Part shown: positions 60,691-64,000 of the stretch, in pieces
Layout of the letters: each line of letters opens with the position of its first letter
How positions within the stretch are numbered: position 1 is the first letter of the stretch
Assembly: GCA_026417035.1 (NCBI GenBank)
Contig: JAOAEA010000011.1
Location: 7,902-71,901, forward strand
Reading direction: 5' to 3'
From: Burkholderiales bacterium
Lineage (GTDB): Bacteria; Pseudomonadota; Gammaproteobacteria; Burkholderiales; SG8-39
Length of the DNA stretch: 64,000 nucleotides
The notes under the pieces: generated by a model
Told to the model about the DNA's origin: nothing
Seen by the model: only the letters and a program-made list of their open reading frames with translations
The model's database searches: none
Translations under genes and position numbers: made by a program

Positions 60691-62468
60691 CAGAAGGTGT
60701 AGCCGAACGAGAAATGGATGCGGAACTGCCGCGTCTGCTCGCCGTAGGCGACGTCGAAGCGCAGCGGCCCGATCGGCGTGCGCACGCGCGCGCCGACGCC
60801 GGCGCCGACCGCGGGCTTCAGCCCCGAGATCGTGTCGGCGGCGTTGCCGGCGTCGACGAACGCGCCCAGGCCCCAGCTCTCGGCGAACCAGTGCACGAGC
60901 TCGACGCTCGCCACCGCGAGGTAACGCCCGCCGACGACCGCGTTGCCGACGTCGACGCCGAGGCTCTGGAACGCGTAGCCGCGCACCGTGTCGTCGCCGC
61001 CGGTGCGGAAGAGAAAGGTCGGCGGTACGCCGGCGGTGTCGCCAGAGCGCGTTCCCACCGCGCCGAGCTCGATGCGCGCGGTGAGGTCGTCGCGCGGCGA
61101 GAGTGGCAGGAGCCCGGTGACGCGCGCGCGGGCGCGGACGAAGCCCTGCGTGGAGACCCCGGGCGGCGCGCCGCCGAGCTCGAGCGCGGCGAGCAGGCCG
61201 CGCCGCGGGTTGAGGAAAGCGTCGGTGGCGCGGTGGATGAGGCGGTAGCCGAGGAAGAGCGCCCGCGTGCGCGTGGTCACGTCCTCGACCTCGCTGTCCT
61301 CGCGGTGATAGGAAAGCGAGAGGTACGAGGGCCACTGCGCTTCCCAGCCCCAGTTGTGCGAGACGCCGACCGCCGCCTGCCGGACGATCTGGTTCTGGAC
61401 GTCCTGGCGCAGCGCCTTCGCCGCGAGCGAGTTCCACGCCCCGCCCTCGAGCGGCGGCGAGTCGAAGGTGGTGGCGAAGGACTGGATCTTCTGCTCGTAG
61501 CGGAGCTCGTTACGCCAGCGCCAGCTCGTGCCGAGGAGGTCGTAGTCGGCGTAGTCGCCGGTCACGCGGTAGCCGGTGTCGGTGGAGTAGCCCACGCCGC
61601 CTTCCACGCGGCGCGGGCGCGCCTCGACGACGGTCACGCGCACCGGCGCCGCGCCGGCCTGCGCCGGGTCGGGGTCGACGCCCACCTGCGCGGTCGCGAA
61701 GTAGCCGGTTTCGAGCAGGCGCCGCTGGTAGAGGGCGAGCATGTCGTCGTCGTAGGGCTCGCCGGGCTTCACCGGGCTCACTTTGCGGGCGATGTCGGGC
61801 GAGTAGCGCGCAAAGCCGCGCGCCTCGATCGCGCCGTAGCGGAAGGCCGGACCGCTCGCGAGCTCGACGAAGAGCTCGGCAGTGCGCGCCTCGGGATCGA
61901 TGCGCGCTTCCGAGCGCGCGATGCCGGCGGCGGCGAAGCGCTTCTCCGCGAGCGTCGCCACCGCGCCGCGCTTCGCGGCGTCCCACGCGCTCTGCCGGAA
62001 GCGCTGGCCCTCGGGCAGCCGCCATTCTTCCCGGATGCGCTTCGCGATCGCCGCCGCGCCGGGGTCGTCGGCCGCCGGACCGGAGAGCGAGAGCTCGACC
62101 GACGTCACCAACGTCGGCGGCCCGGGTTCGACGCGCAGGCGCACCACCGCCCGATCCTGCACCGCTTCGACCGTGCTCGTCGCGACCGCGGAGAAATAGC
62201 CCTCGGTCCGCGCGGCTTCCTCGGCCTGCACGCGCGCCTCGGCCGCAAGGCGCGCGAGGAGGGAGGCCGACATCTCCGCGTAGCCCTGCCAGCGGACGAG
62301 GTCGAGCCCCTTGGCGAGGACGCCGCGCAGCGGCTCGGGCGCCTCGATCTCCACGCGGTAGGAAAGGCCGGCCGGCGCGCCCTCGCGCGCCTCGCTGGCC
62401 GCGAGCGCGGGCACGGCGGGAGCGAGCAGGAGCGCCGCGGCGCAGGCACGGAGCGCGCGAAAAGGCAT
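60690..62468 (-). CDS. tamA: Outer-membrane Omp85-family protein TamA
   Basis: Signal peptide, POTRA region and C-terminal beta-barrel ending in ...FRIHFSFGYTF. Confidence 0.9.
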   Translation of the reverse strand: MPFRALRACAAALLLAPAVPALAASEAREGAPAGLSYRVEIEAPEPLRGVLAKGLDLVRWQGYAEMSASLLARLAAEARVQAEEAARTEGYFSAVATSTVEAVQDRAVVRLRVEPGPPTLVTSVELSLSGPAADDPGAAAIAKRIREEWRLPEGQRFRQSAWDAAKRGAVATLAEKRFAAAGIARSEARIDPEARTAELFVELASGPAFRYGAIEARGFARYSPDIARKVSPVKPGEPYDDDMLALYQRRLLETGYFATAQVGVDPDPAQAGAAPVRVTVVEARPRRVEGGVGYSTDTGYRVTGDYADYDLLGTSWRWRNELRYEQKIQSFATTFDSPPLEGGAWNSLAAKALRQDVQNQIVRQAAVGVSHNWGWEAQWPSYLSLSYHREDSEVEDVTTRTRALFLGYRLIHRATDAFLNPRRGLLAALELGGAPPGVSTQGFVRARARVTGLLPLSPRDDLTARIELGAVGTRSGDTAGVPPTFLFRTGGDDTVRGYAFQSLGVDVGNAVVGGRYLAVASVELVHWFAESWGLGAFVDAGNAADTISGLKPAVGAGVGARVRTPIGPLRFDVAYGEQTRQFRIHFSFGYTF

Positions 62469-62505
62469 GCGAAACCAGCCGCGGCGGCGAGGCGCCGCCA
62501 GCGTG

Positions 62506-63393
62506 CTACTCGGGGATGGCGTTCAGGAGGAACATCGCCTGCAGCAGCGGCCCCGGGGTGCCGAGCGCCCCGAACCAGCGGTTGTGGATCGGCGCGATCT
62601 CGCCCGAGCGGTACAGGCGCGCGAGCGTGCGGTCCACCGCGAGCCGGAAATCCGGGTCGCCGCGCCGCAGGACGAGCGAATAGGGTTCGTAGGAGAAGAG
62701 CTCCTCCGCGAGCCGGAACGCGGCCGCGTCCTTCGCGGTCATCGCGAGCCCGATCAGGATCACGCGGTCGGACGCGTACGCATCGGCGCGCCCCTCGCGC
62801 AGGGCCGCAAGCCCTTCCTGGTGGTCCTTCACGCCGACGTACGCGGGCTTCGCGAGCGCCTGCTGCAGCGCGCGCTCGAGCGCCTTCTCGGTGCTGGTGC
62901 CGGGGATGATGGCGACGCGCTTGCCGTCGAGGTCCTTCAGCGTCGCGATGTTCGCGCCGAGCCGGGTGAGGAAGCTCCCGCCGTCCACGAACGTGACCAG
63001 GCTGAAGTCCACCCGCTCGCGCCGGCCGAGCGTGTTGGTGGTGGAGCCGCACTCGAGGTCCACCTGTCCGCTCGCGACCTTCGCGAGCCGGTCCTCGACG
63101 GTCACCGCCTCCCACTTCACCTGGAGGTTCGCAAGCCCGAGGTCCTTCTTCAGCGTCTCCACCACGGCGCGGCAGAGGTCGATCGAGTAACCCGCCGGCT
63201 CGCGCCCCGGCGCGGCGAACGAGAAGGGCACCGACGCGACGCGATAGCCGAGCGTCACCGTGTTCGTGCGCTTGATTTTCTCGAGCGTGCCCGTTGGCGC
63301 GCCAGGGCCGCCGGGAGCCGTCGCGCAGCCGGCGGCGAGCGCGCACGCGGCGAGCGCGGCCATCGCCCGGATCGAAGCGGGGAAGCAAACCAT
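62506..63393 (-). CDS. Family-3 ABC transporter substrate-binding protein, orphan paralog of 56002..56859
   Basis: Roughly half of positions are identical to the other SBP by eye (TLGYRVASVPFSF, GYSIDLC, VDLECGSTT, identical-style C-terminus MFLLNAIPE vs MFFLNTTPE). Lipobox-like LAAGC. Start at ATG 63393, or 63363. Confidence 0.85.
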   Translation of the reverse strand: MVCFPASIRAMAALAACALAAGCATAPGGPGAPTGTLEKIKRTNTVTLGYRVASVPFSFAAPGREPAGYSIDLCRAVVETLKKDLGLANLQVKWEAVTVEDRLAKVASGQVDLECGSTTNTLGRRERVDFSLVTFVDGGSFLTRLGANIATLKDLDGKRVAIIPGTSTEKALERALQQALAKPAYVGVKDHQEGLAALREGRADAYASDRVILIGLAMTAKDAAAFRLAEELFSYEPYSLVLRRGDPDFRLAVDRTLARLYRSGEIAPIHNRWFGALGTPGPLLQAMFLLNAIPE

Positions 63394-63511
63394 GGGGTTC
63401 CCTCGGGGAGAGGCCGGAAGGCCGCTATTTTGCCCGAGGACGCGCGCCGCCGGGCCGCGGCGCCCTCGCGAGCTACAATCGCCCCCTCCCGCTGACGTAC
63501 GGCTCCCGCGC

Positions 63512-64000
63512 ATGCGATCCGCCCTCGCGCTTTCCCTCTGCCTCGCTTCGGCCGCGGCGCTCGCCCAGGGACCGGCCGGCGCCGAGCGCTGGAACCAGGT
63601 GGACCTCGCCGCGCAGGCTTCGCGCGAGGTGCAGAACGACGTCGTGCACGCGACGCTGTTCGTCGAGGCGAACGACGTGAGCGCCGCCAACGTCGCCGCG
63701 CAGTTGAACCGCGCCATCGCCGAGGCGCTGAAGGTCGCCGCGGAAGCGAAGACGGTGCAGGCGCGCACCGGGGCGAACGCCACCTATCCGGTGTACGACC
63801 GCAACCAGAAGCTCGCCGGCTGGCGCGGCCGGGCGGAGCTGCGCCTCGAATCGAAGGACTTCCCCGCCACCGCCCAGCTCATCGGGCGGCTCCAGCCGCC
63901 GCTCCAGCTCGCGCAGGTGAGCTTCGCGGTGTCGCCGGAGCTGCGCCGCAGGACGGAGGACGAGCTGATCGTCGAGGCGGTCGCCGCCTTCCGCGCGCGC
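63512..64000 (+). CDS. SIMPL/DUF541 (YggE-like) periplasmic protein, 3' end outside window
   Basis: Not in the ORF track because it runs off the edge. Translated by hand as MRSALALSLCLASAAALAQGP...VQNDVVHATLFVEA...GWRGRAELRLES, typical of SIMPL-domain proteins. Confidence 0.7.
   Translation, partial: MRSALALSLCLASAAALAQGPAGAERWNQVDLAAQASREVQNDVVHATLFVEANDVSAANVAAQLNRAIAEALKVAAEAKTVQARTGANATYPVYDRNQKLAGWRGRAELRLESKDFPATAQLIGRLQPPLQLAQVSFAVSPELRRRTEDELIVEAVAAFRAR

Noticed and set aside
60691-61437. Longer TamB version (ORF 56941..61437, 1498 aa).
   Set aside because: The extra 249 codons overlap the 3' part of tamA in another frame and are R/A/G-rich. The TamB signal-anchor (MRTARRTVLALALFALAAAAGL) begins at ATG 60690, overlapping the tamA stop.

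Overview
High-GC (about 70%) chromosomal segment of a proteobacterium, probably beta- or gammaproteobacterial judging by the folB-plsY-tsaD / rpsU-yqeY-dnaG-rpoD neighbourhood, the System I cytochrome c maturation genes, tamAB and a PEP-CTERM protein. About 60 genes can be supported. From left to right: (i) a LacI-controlled, TRAP-transporter-linked catabolic island (UxaA-family enzyme, DctPQM, two Zn-ADHs, PfkB kinase, LacD-type aldolase, HisD-like dehydrogenase, SDR). (ii) Chalcone-isomerase-like and VOC proteins plus a TAXI-TRAP system interrupted by a CoA-transferase. (iii) A strong Fur-box promoter in front of an orphan 97-aa ORF, followed by a PEP-CTERM protein. (iv) Housekeeping genes typA, alkB-like hydroxylase, ogt-xerD, ybaK, folB, plsY and tsaD. 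(v) czcCBA sitting between tsaD and rpsU. (vi) rpsU-yqeY-dnaG-rpoD, gor and a tRNA(CAU). (vii) A MaoC-like hydratase, then NUDIX, an alkaline-phosphatase-superfamily protein and DUF99. (viii) ccmEFGHI and ccmABCD as two convergent halves separated by phaC. (ix) SBP-tamA-tamB-SBP-slyB-like block, and a SIMPL protein at the right edge. The most unusual sequence-level signals are duplications of gene 3' ends (ccmG three copies, typA two copies) that flank related G5/C5 hairpin spacers. A dispersed GGGAT(C/T)GGGG / CCCCGATCCC-type repeat also abuts several start codons that lack a Shine-Dalgarno sequence. No CRISPR array, IS element, prophage or rRNA was seen. Many very long Arg/Ala/Gly/Pro-rich ORFs in the track are antisense or off-frame artefacts of the high GC content. 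All functional calls come from reading motifs by eye. No database search was run.
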